A stretch of 64,000 bases of DNA from Candidatus Multivoradales bacterium. GTDB taxonomy: Bacteria; Acidobacteriota; Thermoanaerobaculia; Multivoradales; J023. Below, piece after piece: positions 1-9,408 of this stretch. The stretch covers positions 1,376,001 to 1,440,000 of the forward strand of contig CBDFLE010000006.1 in assembly GCA_965248925.1 (NCBI GenBank), given 5' to 3'. A model generated the notes under the pieces. The model had not been told where the DNA came from and did not search any database. It worked only from the letters and a program-made list of their open reading frames with translations. A program made the position numbers and the translations under genes. Numbering within the stretch: position 1 is the stretch's first letter; each line of letters opens with the position of its first letter.

Positions 1-2727
1 CACTCCCAGCGACTCGGCCACCGTCACCATCACCGATGTGGTCTCCTCGATCACAGTCACCAAGACCGCCTCGCCAACCACTGTCGCCGAACCGGGTGGC
101 ACCATCACCTTCACCATCCGAGTCGACAACACCAGCACGGTCGACAGTGTGACTATCTCCTCCCTCGCCGACGACATCCACGGCAACCTCGCGGGCCAAG
201 GGGACTGCGCCGTGCCGCAGACCCTCGCCGCGGGCGCCTTCTACCAGTGCAGCTTCACCGCCGCAGTCAACGGCAACGCTGGCGACAGCGAGACCGACAC
301 CGTCACCGCGTCGGGCACTGACGATGATTCCAATCCGGTCTCGGCACAGGACTCGGCGACGGTCACCGTCACCGATGTAATGCCCACCGCATCGGTGACC
401 AAGACCGCCAGCCCGAACACCGTCGACGAGCCCGGCGGCAATGTCACCTTCACCGTCCGCGTCGACAACACCGGCAGCGCGGAGTCGCTGGCACTCAGCG
501 CCCTTGACGACGATATCCACGGCGACCTCAACGGCCAGGGCGATTGTGCCGTGCCGCAGACAGTCGCCGCCGGCGGCTTCTACCAATGCAGCTTCACCGC
601 CGCCGTCAATGGCAACGCGGGCGATAGTGAAACCGACACCGTCACCGCCACGCTCTCCGACGACGACGGCAACTCCATCACTCCCAACGACTCGGCCACC
701 GTCACCATTACCGGCACCGATTGGGGCGATGCCGCCGATCCGAGCTACCCGACCTTGCTGGCCAACGACGGCGCGCGCCACACCATCGTCGCCGGTTTCT
801 TCCTCGGCGCTGGGGTCGACGCCGAGGCCGACGGCCAGCCCGATGCCACCGCCACCGGCGACGACACCGATGGCAATGACGACGAAGACGGCGTCGCCTT
901 CGCGAGTGTTCTGGTACCAGGGATGTCGGTCGGGGTCGATATCACCGCTTCGGCAGCCGGACTGCTCGATGCCTGGGTCGACTTCAACGGCAACGGCTCC
1001 TGGACCGACGCCGGCGAGCAAGTCTTCTCCGGCCAGGCACTCACCAGCGGCCTTAACAGCCTGTCGATCAGCGTGCCGGGCTCCGCGACCACCGGTGCCA
1101 CAGTGGCCCGCTTCCGGCTGAGCTCGGCCGGCACCTCCGACCCGACCGGCCTGGCAGCCGACGGCGAGGTCGAGGACTATCAGGTGGTGATCGAAGCGCC
1201 TTCGATCAGCGTTTCCAAGACCGCTAACCCAACCTCGCTCAACGAGCCCGGCGGCAGCGTCACCTTCACCGTCCGCGTCGACAACACCGGCACCGCCAGC
1301 GTAGCGCTGAGCAGCCTGGTGGACGATGTCCACGGCGATCTCAACGGCCAGGGCGACTGTGCCGTGCCGCAGGCCCTCGCCACCGGTGGCTTCTACCAAT
1401 GCAGCTTCGCCACCACGGTCAACGGCAACGCTGGCTTCTTGGAGACCGACACGGTCACTGCCACGGGCACCTCGGTCGGTCTGGCGGTCTCGGCAGAGAA
1501 CTCGGCAACGGTCACCATCACCGATGTACTGCCTACTGCTTCGGTGACCAAAACCGCCAGCCCGACCTCCGTCGATGAGCCCGGCGGTAACGTCACTTTC
1601 ACTATCCGGGTCGACAACACCGGCAGCGCCGAGTCGCTGGCACTCAGCGCCCTCAACGACGATATCCACGGCGATCTCAACGGCCAGGGCGACTGCGCCG
1701 TGCCGCAGACTCTGGCGGCGGGTGGCTTCTACCAATGCAGCTTCACCGCCGCCGTCAATGGCAATGCCGGTGATACTCAGACCGACACCGTCACCGCGAC
1801 GCTCTCGGACGACGATGGCAACACGATCACTCCCAGCGACTCGGCGACGGTCACCATCACCGACGTGGCCTCCTCGATCAGCGTCACCAAGACCGCCTCA
1901 CCGACCTCCGTTGCCGAACCGGGTGGCACCGTCACTTTCACCATCCGAGTCGACAACACCAGCACCGTCGACAGCGTGGCTATCTCCAGCCTGTCCGACG
2001 ACATCCATGGCAACCTCGCCGGCCAAGGCGACTGCGCCGTGTCGCAGACCCTGGCCGCCGCCGGCTTCTACCAGTGCAGCTTCACCGCCGCCGTCAACGG
2101 CAACGCTGGCGACAGCGAGACCAACACCGTCACCGCGTCGGGCACTGACGATGATTCCAATCCGGTCTCGGCACAGGACTCGGCGACGGTCACCGTCACC
2201 GATGTTCTACCCACCGCATCGGTGACCAAGACCGCCAACCCGACCTCCATCGACGAGCCCGGCGGCAACATCACCTTCACCGTCCGCGTCGACAACACCG
2301 GCAGCGCGGAGTCGCTGGCACTCAGCGCCCTTGACGACGATATCCACGGCGACCTCAACGGCCAGGGCGATTGTGCCGTGCCGCAGACAGTCGCCGCCGG
2401 CGGCTTCTACCAATGCAGCTTCACCGCCGCCGTCAATGGCAACGCGGGCGATAGTGAAACCGACACCGTCACCGCCACGCTCTCCGACGACGACGGCAAC
2501 TCCATCACTCCCAACGACTCGGCCACCGTCACCATTACCGGCACCGATTGGGGCGATGCCGCCGATCCGAGCTACCCGACCTTGCTGGCCAACGACGGCG
2601 CGCGCCACACCATCGTCGCCGGTTTCTTCCTCGGCGCCGGGGTCGACGCCGAGGCCGACGGCCAGCCCGACGCCACCGCCACTGGCGACGACACCGATGG
2701 CAATGACGACGAAGACGGCGTCGCCTT
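1..2727 (+). repeat. Intragenic duplication with 1827-bp offset (1-~900 vs 1828-~2727) plus shorter ~333-bp domain repeats
   Basis: Base 1 'cactcccagcgactcgg' recurs at 1828; ~430-900 is nearly identical to ~2257-2727; shadow ORFs 241..531 and 2068..2358 show the same offset. Confidence 0.9.
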
Positions 2728-3997
2728 CACCAGCACTCTAGCGCCCGGAATAACGGCGATGATCGAAGTGACAGCGTCGCAAGCCGGCCTGCTCGACGCT
2801 TGGATCGACTTCGATGGTGATGGCTCGTGGGCCGGTGCGGGGGAGCAGATCTTCGCTAACGAGCCACTGATCGGGGGCCTCAACAACCTGGCGATCAACG
2901 TGCCTGGCACCCTCGCCGCACGAGTGGTCGGCCGCTTCCGCCTGTCGAGTTCTGGCGGACTGAGCTATGACGGCTTGGCCAGCGACGGCGAGGTCGAGGA
3001 CTACGAGATCGTGGTCGACGATGTCCCCCCGCGGGTCGAGCTGATCGGTTCGACGCCTGATACCGGAGACGGCCAGCTGACCTACTGCGAAACCGCGCAG
3101 GTGGTGGTCTCAGAACTCCGCGTCGTCTTCAACGAGGCCATGCGGGCGGGTGGTGGGTCCGCGGCGGCCGACAATCCCGCCAACTATCGACTGATCACCC
3201 CAGGGGCGGACCACACCTTCGATTCCTCGGATTGCCTGGCCCTCAGCGGCGACGACAGTCAGATTCCCATCACCGGCGTCGTCTATCAAGCAGGCTCACC
3301 CAGCGCCGAGCAGGCCACCGCCAGACTTCAGCTGGCGCAGCCGTTGGTCGACAACCACTACCGGTTGCTGGCTTGCGGCACCCTCGCCGACGCCGTGGGC
3401 AACCCGCTGCAGGGCGGCGACTTCAGCCTCGACTTCCGTGCCGATGCGCTCAATCTGTTCCACAATGGGCATTTCGACTGCGATCTGCAAGGGTGGTGGT
3501 TGGATCCACCCGGAACCGCTCTGCTGCAGCACGCTGCGGTCGACGCCGATGACTCGGCAGACTCGGGTTCTATGCAAGTTCTGCAGGACGGCACCGCAGA
3601 GTTGGCCATCAGCCAGTGCATTGGAGTCAGCGGCGGCGCGGAGCTACGCCTCGGCGGCAGATTCCGGGTCGATGCGCCAGCCCAGGTCCAAGTGGGTCTG
3701 ATCCGCGGCTGCGAAATATTCAACCAGGTGAGCTGCAACGGGGCGATTGTTGACTCATTCTTCAGCATCGAGTTGTTCGAGGACACCGCGATGAGCTTCA
3801 CCGCTCGCGAGTCCTCTGTCCAAGTACACGGCAGTGGGGCCTCGGCCTTCTGTGCCTTCACCTTTTCCTCCCCCGACATGGAGCCCGTGGATCTTTACGT
3901 CGACCGCTTATTCGCTCGAGCCACGGCTCAGGGCCCGATTTTCGCGGATGGCTTCGAGACCGGTAATACCGCGGCTTGGACGGCGGTGGCGCCGTGA
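1..3997 (+). CDS. Large repetitive secreted/surface protein (5'-truncated): ~110-aa Ig-like 'VTKTA' repeats, two GEVED-type domains, C-terminal IFADGFE tail
   Basis: Frame is open from base 2 (TPSDSATVTITDV...), so the start lies upstream of the window. Repeats S(I/V)TKTA(S/N)P...TFT(I/V)RVDN...DDIHG(N/D)L.GQGDC; two 'DWGDA...DGEVEDY' domains; ends IFADGFETGNTAAWTAVAP. Confidence 0.85.
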   Translation, partial: TPSDSATVTITDVVSSITVTKTASPTTVAEPGGTITFTIRVDNTSTVDSVTISSLADDIHGNLAGQGDCAVPQTLAAGAFYQCSFTAAVNGNAGDSETDTVTASGTDDDSNPVSAQDSATVTVTDVMPTASVTKTASPNTVDEPGGNVTFTVRVDNTGSAESLALSALDDDIHGDLNGQGDCAVPQTVAAGGFYQCSFTAAVNGNAGDSETDTVTATLSDDDGNSITPNDSATVTITGTDWGDAADPSYPTLLANDGARHTIVAGFFLGAGVDAEADGQPDATATGDDTDGNDDEDGVAFASVLVPGMSVGVDITASAAGLLDAWVDFNGNGSWTDAGEQVFSGQALTSGLNSLSISVPGSATTGATVARFRLSSAGTSDPTGLAADGEVEDYQVVIEAPSISVSKTANPTSLNEPGGSVTFTVRVDNTGTASVALSSLVDDVHGDLNGQGDCAVPQALATGGFYQCSFATTVNGNAGFLETDTVTATGTSVGLAVSAENSATVTITDVLPTASVTKTASPTSVDEPGGNVTFTIRVDNTGSAESLALSALNDDIHGDLNGQGDCAVPQTLAAGGFYQCSFTAAVNGNAGDTQTDTVTATLSDDDGNTITPSDSATVTITDVASSISVTKTASPTSVAEPGGTVTFTIRVDNTSTVDSVAISSLSDDIHGNLAGQGDCAVSQTLAAAGFYQCSFTAAVNGNAGDSETNTVTASGTDDDSNPVSAQDSATVTVTDVLPTASVTKTANPTSIDEPGGNITFTVRVDNTGSAESLALSALDDDIHGDLNGQGDCAVPQTVAAGGFYQCSFTAAVNGNAGDSETDTVTATLSDDDGNSITPNDSATVTITGTDWGDAADPSYPTLLANDGARHTIVAGFFLGAGVDAEADGQPDATATGDDTDGNDDEDGVAFTSTLAPGITAMIEVTASQAGLLDAWIDFDGDGSWAGAGEQIFANEPLIGGLNNLAINVPGTLAARVVGRFRLSSSGGLSYDGLASDGEVEDYEIVVDDVPPRVELIGSTPDTGDGQLTYCETAQVVVSELRVVFNEAMRAGGGSAAADNPANYRLITPGADHTFDSSDCLALSGDDSQIPITGVVYQAGSPSAEQATARLQLAQPLVDNHYRLLACGTLADAVGNPLQGGDFSLDFRADALNLFHNGHFDCDLQGWWLDPPGTALLQHAAVDADDSADSGSMQVLQDGTAELAISQCIGVSGGAELRLGGRFRVDAPAQVQVGLIRGCEIFNQVSCNGAIVDSFFSIELFEDTAMSFTARESSVQVHGSGASAFCAFTFSSPDMEPVDLYVDRLFARATAQGPIFADGFETGNTAAWTAVAP

Positions 3998-4023
3998 TCT
4001 TCCTGCCGGCGCGTGAGATCGAT

Positions 4024-4860
4024 ATGAAAGAGAATCGACCAATGAAACAGCTGCTGCGAACCCCGTGCCGCCCCGCCGCCTTCTTCGGGATGCTCTGCCT
4101 GTTGGCCATGACCGGCGCCTCTGTCTCCGCCGACGAACTTGGTACCAGCTGGCGATTCTCCCCCAGCGCCCAAGTCTTGCCAGCGATTCCAGAGTTGGCG
4201 GCAGCAGGCGGCACTGAAGTTCAGCTGGTGCTGGACGACGGCACCGCCGAAGGCGAATTCGGTGCCGGCGCCAGCACGGCGCGGCAATTCATGTGGTTCA
4301 ACAGCTTCTCTGCTGGCAGCAACCTCTTGCTCGAGGAGATCTGGGTTCTATTCCCTAGTGGCACCAATATTCAAGTCGGAGAGCCGATCGATCTGGTGGT
4401 CTTTGGCGACGCGGACGGCGATCCGAGCAACGGTGCCAATTTGCTGACGGTGGTCCCCGAGGTCATTCAGCAGAACGATGGCGTAACTTTCTCGATCTAC
4501 TCTCTGGCTGCACCACTCACCGTTGGCGAGGGCAACGTCTACCTCGGGGTCATTCCGAGATTCATCGTCTCCGGCGTCACTCCGGCGACCCTGCCAGCGG
4601 CCCTCGACATCGACAGCAGCCAGCAGAGTTCGTGGATCGCGCTGTGGAGCGGCGATCCACCGAGCCAGCCCCTACTGCCGCCCGACGTTCAGCTCAACCT
4701 GGTCGACGATCTGATTCCGGGCAATTGGATGATCCGCGGCTTTGGCCGTTCGCAGCCGGTCCTTGAGGTGCCGGTGCTCGACTGCCGCGGGCTGGCCACG
4801 CTGGTCGTTCTACTACTCGTCGCCGGTCTGCTGGCACTGCGTTCGACTTCGCGCTTCTGA
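4024..4860 (+). CDS. Secreted protein with IPTL-CTERM-like C-terminal sorting/anchor segment
   Basis: Signal-like N-terminus (AFFGMLCLLAMTGASVSA); C-terminus VPVLDCRGLATLVVLLLVAGLLALRSTSRF (motif + TM + basic residues). Start is 4024 or 4042. Confidence 0.75.
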   Translation: MKENRPMKQLLRTPCRPAAFFGMLCLLAMTGASVSADELGTSWRFSPSAQVLPAIPELAAAGGTEVQLVLDDGTAEGEFGAGASTARQFMWFNSFSAGSNLLLEEIWVLFPSGTNIQVGEPIDLVVFGDADGDPSNGANLLTVVPEVIQQNDGVTFSIYSLAAPLTVGEGNVYLGVIPRFIVSGVTPATLPAALDIDSSQQSSWIALWSGDPPSQPLLPPDVQLNLVDDLIPGNWMIRGFGRSQPVLEVPVLDCRGLATLVVLLLVAGLLALRSTSRF

Positions 4861-4966
4861 CCTTGGGCTCAGCCAACGCCACGGTGGCGGGGTCGCTGGC
4901 TCAAAGCGGGTAGCTCAAGCAAAAGAGCTTCTCTCCGGCCCGGCGGTGGTTTTAGAATCGTTGCCT

Positions 4967-7900
4967 ATGAACCCTCGTCTGCTTCCCAGGGTCAACCAAC
5001 CCAATCCTTGGACCCTCCTTGCCCTCTGCTACTGGCTGAGCTTCCTGGCGTGGGCGAGCGCCTTTGGCGAGGCAGCCCAGAGCGAGGAGATCGATCTCGA
5101 TCCGGGCTATGTCCACCGCCACTGGACCACCGACGATGGCCTACCCGTTCATGCCCTGAGCGGGGTGTTGCAAGACTCTGAAGGCTATCTGTGGATCGGC
5201 AGTTATGACGGCCTGATCCGCTTCGACGGCCATCGATTCACCACCTTCATGCCTGATCGAGTGCCGCAGCTCGGCAGCCCCCGAATCCGCGACCTCACCA
5301 GGTCCATGGCCGGTATCTGGATTCTCACCAGCACCGGCAAGCTGACTTTGTATCGCCAAGGAAGATTCTCGGACCCGGTGGGCTGGGAACCTGCCGATGG
5401 GCTGATCCGCTTTCTCAAGCAGCAGGACGACGAGCTCTGGGTGGTGGCCGAGCATGCCCTCTTCCGGGTCGGCGACGACGGCCAGTTGGAGCGCGTTCAA
5501 CGCCTGCCCAACGACCGTGATCTGACCGGCTTCGCTGACGATCTCAGCGGACGGCGTTGGCTGACCACTTCGCAGGGCATTGCCTGGCTCGAAGGAGAGC
5601 AGCTTCGCTGGCACGAAACCTCGAGCCGGGTGCTCGGGGCGGTCCGCCTGGGCGAGGGCATGCTCTTCTTCCGCCAAGACGCGGTCCCCCTCGAATTTCG
5701 CGGCGACCAGTGGCACCCTTGGACCCAGGAGATCGCCCCGGGGATCCAACTGCACGGCACCAGCAGTGTCGCCCAGCTACCTTGGGGCGGTAGCCTGCTG
5801 ATCAACGGCGGTCGCTATTTCCAGGCCGAGAATGGCCGCTTGGAATTCGTCGAAGTACCAGCCAGGCCACTATCGTTGAAGAATTCGTTCGCCAGCCAGG
5901 CCAATGGCGACCACTGGCTGGCCCTGGGCACCAAGCTGTATCGCAATGACCAACTGATCTTTGAGTTGAACAGCGACAGCGGTATTCAGTCCTTGACTAT
6001 CGACCGGGAGGGCACGGTTTGGATGGCGACCTCCAGCGACGGGCTGCACGCGCTGGTGCCAGCAGTCTTCGCGCTGATCGACCAGAGCCGTGGTCTGGCC
6101 ACGGAGAACGCCTATGCGGTGTACCAGGATCGCTCCCGGCAAATCTGGATCGGCACCCACGGAGGCGGCGCCTGGCGGTTAACCGGCAACCACTTGACCG
6201 CCATCGACCAGGCACCGGGAACACTTTTGCGGAACTTTCCCCGCGCTTTCCTGGAGGATGACCAAGGCACCCTGTGGGTGGGCCTGTCGGGAGGACTGTC
6301 GGGGGGCATCTACCAGCTCGCCGATGGCCAGCTCCAACGGGTCACAGATGAGCTAGGAGAAGTGCCCAATTGGTCGGTGAACGCCCTGTTGCAAGACCCA
6401 TCTGGACAGATCTGGGCTGGCACCGAAGCGGGTCTCTACCGTCGCCTGAAAGGCACTGAAGATAGCCCAGCACGGTGGCAGCGAGTCGGTAAGGCCGAAC
6501 TGCCGCAGGCAGAGATTCGCAGCCTCGCCTTCTCACCCAAGGGGCATTTGTGGGTGGCGACGGCTGGCGGAGTGGGCCGCTACGCCGACGGCGAATGGCG
6601 GACCCTAGACACCACCGACGGACTGCCCAACCAGCTGATTCGGGCGCTGCATTTCGACTCTCAGGGGGTGCTCTGGATCGGCACCGAGGGGGGCGGATTG
6701 GCCCGCCTCGGTGCAGCCGAATTCGACCCCACCGAGCGGCCGGCGATCACTGTCTTCAGTACTGCCAACGGGCTCTTCTCCAACGGCATCCACGCCATTC
6801 TGGAAGATGGTCTCGGCTATCTTTGGATGAGTAGCAACCAGGGGATATTTCGAGTCGAGCGCGCCCAGCTCGAAGAAGTAGCGGCAGGGCGGGCGCGACA
6901 GATCGAGTGCTTGGCCTTCGGCGAGAGCGATGGCCTGCGCAATCGAGAAGCCAACGGCGGCACCCTCAATGCCGGTCTGCGCAGCAGCGATGGCCGCCTT
7001 TGGTTCGCTACCCAAGGGGGCGTGGCAATGATCGATCCGGCCAACACCCACTTGTTCGCCACTGGCGAGTTCCCCAGCAAGGTGTTGATCGAGGGGCTGA
7101 GGATCGAAGGGGAAGGAGGGCGCCAGCTCGAGGTGCGCAATGCGGACCTTGTGCTAGCCGCCACCGAACGCTCCTTCTTGATCGACTACACCCTGCCCAC
7201 CTCACGCTATGCCGAGCGAGCCCGCTTTCGCTATCGACTCCAGGGCTACAACCGGGAATGGACTCTCGCCGGGGCCCGGCGCCAGGCGATCTTCACCCAA
7301 GTGCCGGCCGGCACCTATACTTTTCGCGTCGAAGCCCATGGCTTGGGCGGCAGTACCCGCCCGAGCCCAGCCGCTCTGACGTTGACCATCCGCCCCTACT
7401 TCTATGAGACCTTGTGGTTTCGCAGCATAGCCTTGCTCGCTCTACTCGGCGGCGCCAGCGCTCTGCTCGAATTCCGCCACCGACGCCAACATGCTCGCCA
7501 GCGAGCCCAGCGGCGTGAACTCGAGCAGTTGGTGGTCCAACGCACCGCGGTGATCGCCGAGCAAGCTGAGAAATTGCGCGAGCTCGACCGTCTCAAATCC
7601 GAGCTCTTTACCAACGTCTCCCATGAGTTTCGAACGCCGCTAACCCTGGCCATTGGCCCGCTGCAAGATCTGCTCGATGGCGCCCAAGGCCCCCTTGAGC
7701 CAGGTGTCGAGGAAGATGTGGCGCTGGCGCTGCGCAATTCGCGCCGCGTGTTGGGACTGATCAACCAAATCCTCGAAGTTGCCCGACTCGAATCAGGTGA
7801 AGTCCGCCTGCGGGTGCGGCAAACCGAGGTGGTGTCGTTTGTCCAGCAACGGTTCGAGAGCTTCCGGGCTCTCGGCGAACGCAGCGGAATCAGCTCGATC

Positions 7901-9202
7901 TTTGAGTCGCCGGTCGATCAGCTCACCGCCTGGTTCGCCCCCCAACAGCTTGCCAAGGTGCTCGACAACCTGCTCGCCAACGCCTTCAACCTGACCCCTG
8001 GTGGCGGCACGGTCACCCTCGGCTTGACGGTCGATGCGCCCGAGTGGCTACGCATTTGGGTCCGCGACACGGGTCCCGGAGTTCCACCACAAAGCCTGGA
8101 GCGGATCTTCGTCCGCTTCCAGCAAGGAACGGATCGGCAAGCGGGTCCAAGTGGCCAGACCACACCGCGTCGGTGGACCGGAACAGGCATCGGTCTGGCC
8201 CTGGCCAAGGAGCTTGTCGCGCTACACAGAGGGACTCTTGAAGTCGACAGCAGCGAAGGGGAGGGAGCGACCTTCACCGTCTCTCTGAGGCTGGGTCGCG
8301 AGCATTTCCAAGCGGACGAGCTGGCCGCGGAAGGCACCGAGCCCGAGCCCTGCTCGCTGCTCCAAGAAACCTGGTCTACGGCTCCTCGTGCGGCCGACCC
8401 TAGCGATGCCGAAGAGGTCCTGGAAGAAGATTTCCAAGATCGGGCCAAAGTGCTGGTGGTCGACGACGATCCCGAGATCCGCCTCTATGTCCGCCGCAGC
8501 CTGCCAGGCTATCGCGTCATCGAGGCAGCCGAGGGGGGGCAAGCGCTGCGCTGCGCGGCTGCCCAACTGCCCGATCTCATCCTCTCCGACGTGATGATGC
8601 CCGGCATGGATGGTTTCGCCCTCGCCCGAGCGCTGCGGCAGGATCCTGAACTCGACTGCATCCCGATCATCTTGCTCACCGCCAAGGGATCGATGGAAAG
8701 CAAGTTGCAAGGGCTGGAGATCGGCATCGATGACTACCTCACCAAGCCGTTCAACGCCCGGGAGCTGCTCGGCCGCGTTCGCGGCTTGATCGACGGTCGA
8801 CGACGCTTGCTCGAGCACTTCACTGCCATCACCCGGCTGTCGCTGGTACCGCCGCAAATCGAGGTGCAGGCGGCCGACCAGGACTTCGTGCGCCGAGTCG
8901 GCGACCTGATCGAAGAGAACCTCGCCGACCCGGACTTCGGCGTCGAGTCGCTGGCCTCCAGGCTTGGCTGCGATCGCTCCTATCTGTTTCGCAAACTTCG
9001 CGACCTGCTCGGAGAAACTCCTTCAGCGGCCCTCCGCCGACTGCGCTTGGCCAGAGCCGAGCAGCTGATTCTCGGCCAGGCAGGAAGCATTAGCGAAATT
9101 GCCTACCAGGTGGGATTCAAGAGTCTGTCGCACTTCTCTCAGTGTTTCCGCGACCAATACGGCACGTCGCCTTCTGCTTATGGCCGCCCTGACGACGGTT
9201 AG
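4967..9202 (+). CDS. Hybrid two-component sensor-regulator (beta-propeller/Y_Y_Y sensor, TM, HisKA, HATPase, REC, AraC HTH)
   Basis: Propeller repeats (DSEGYLWIGS, DREGTVWMAT), VPAGTYTFRVEA, VSHEFRTPL H-box, GTGIGLAL G2, LSDVMMPGMDG receiver, ISEIAYQVGFKSLSHFSQCFR AraC. Start moved to MNPRLL. Confidence 0.93.
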   Translation: MNPRLLPRVNQPNPWTLLALCYWLSFLAWASAFGEAAQSEEIDLDPGYVHRHWTTDDGLPVHALSGVLQDSEGYLWIGSYDGLIRFDGHRFTTFMPDRVPQLGSPRIRDLTRSMAGIWILTSTGKLTLYRQGRFSDPVGWEPADGLIRFLKQQDDELWVVAEHALFRVGDDGQLERVQRLPNDRDLTGFADDLSGRRWLTTSQGIAWLEGEQLRWHETSSRVLGAVRLGEGMLFFRQDAVPLEFRGDQWHPWTQEIAPGIQLHGTSSVAQLPWGGSLLINGGRYFQAENGRLEFVEVPARPLSLKNSFASQANGDHWLALGTKLYRNDQLIFELNSDSGIQSLTIDREGTVWMATSSDGLHALVPAVFALIDQSRGLATENAYAVYQDRSRQIWIGTHGGGAWRLTGNHLTAIDQAPGTLLRNFPRAFLEDDQGTLWVGLSGGLSGGIYQLADGQLQRVTDELGEVPNWSVNALLQDPSGQIWAGTEAGLYRRLKGTEDSPARWQRVGKAELPQAEIRSLAFSPKGHLWVATAGGVGRYADGEWRTLDTTDGLPNQLIRALHFDSQGVLWIGTEGGGLARLGAAEFDPTERPAITVFSTANGLFSNGIHAILEDGLGYLWMSSNQGIFRVERAQLEEVAAGRARQIECLAFGESDGLRNREANGGTLNAGLRSSDGRLWFATQGGVAMIDPANTHLFATGEFPSKVLIEGLRIEGEGGRQLEVRNADLVLAATERSFLIDYTLPTSRYAERARFRYRLQGYNREWTLAGARRQAIFTQVPAGTYTFRVEAHGLGGSTRPSPAALTLTIRPYFYETLWFRSIALLALLGGASALLEFRHRRQHARQRAQRRELEQLVVQRTAVIAEQAEKLRELDRLKSELFTNVSHEFRTPLTLAIGPLQDLLDGAQGPLEPGVEEDVALALRNSRRVLGLINQILEVARLESGEVRLRVRQTEVVSFVQQRFESFRALGERSGISSIFESPVDQLTAWFAPQQLAKVLDNLLANAFNLTPGGGTVTLGLTVDAPEWLRIWVRDTGPGVPPQSLERIFVRFQQGTDRQAGPSGQTTPRRWTGTGIGLALAKELVALHRGTLEVDSSEGEGATFTVSLRLGREHFQADELAAEGTEPEPCSLLQETWSTAPRAADPSDAEEVLEEDFQDRAKVLVVDDDPEIRLYVRRSLPGYRVIEAAEGGQALRCAAAQLPDLILSDVMMPGMDGFALARALRQDPELDCIPIILLTAKGSMESKLQGLEIGIDDYLTKPFNARELLGRVRGLIDGRRRLLEHFTAITRLSLVPPQIEVQAADQDFVRRVGDLIEENLADPDFGVESLASRLGCDRSYLFRKLRDLLGETPSAALRRLRLARAEQLILGQAGSISEIAYQVGFKSLSHFSQCFRDQYGTSPSAYGRPDDG

Positions 9203-9235
9203 CGAGCCAGCGAAGAAGTCGTTCCCGAGATCTCT

Positions 9236-9298
9236 CGACACTGCCGACACCCCTGACGACAATCTTCGCAACCTCGGCTACAACCTCTGATCGCCGCG
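9236..9298 (+). promoter_or_regulatory. Three C(G/T)ACA direct repeats at 21-bp period; candidate AraC-domain operator
   Basis: cgaca at 9236, cgaca at 9257, ctaca at 9278, lying between the HTCS gene and the next gene. Confidence 0.4.
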
Positions 9299-9408
9299 GT
9301 CGGTAGCCTGCTCAGTAGCAGCCCACCGGCTGCCAGAAAGAACTTTCAAGCAGCGGTAGCCGCCGCTGGGTGAGCTCTGCCCGCTGCACTCTAGAAGGAG
9401 GTGCCACC

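Noticed and set aside
4742-4966. Upstream extensions of ORFs (HTCS 4742, rfbG 15244, rnhB 52305, fur 37058)
   Set aside because: They mostly overlap neighbouring genes and lack family motifs; downstream starts have better SD or -10 support.
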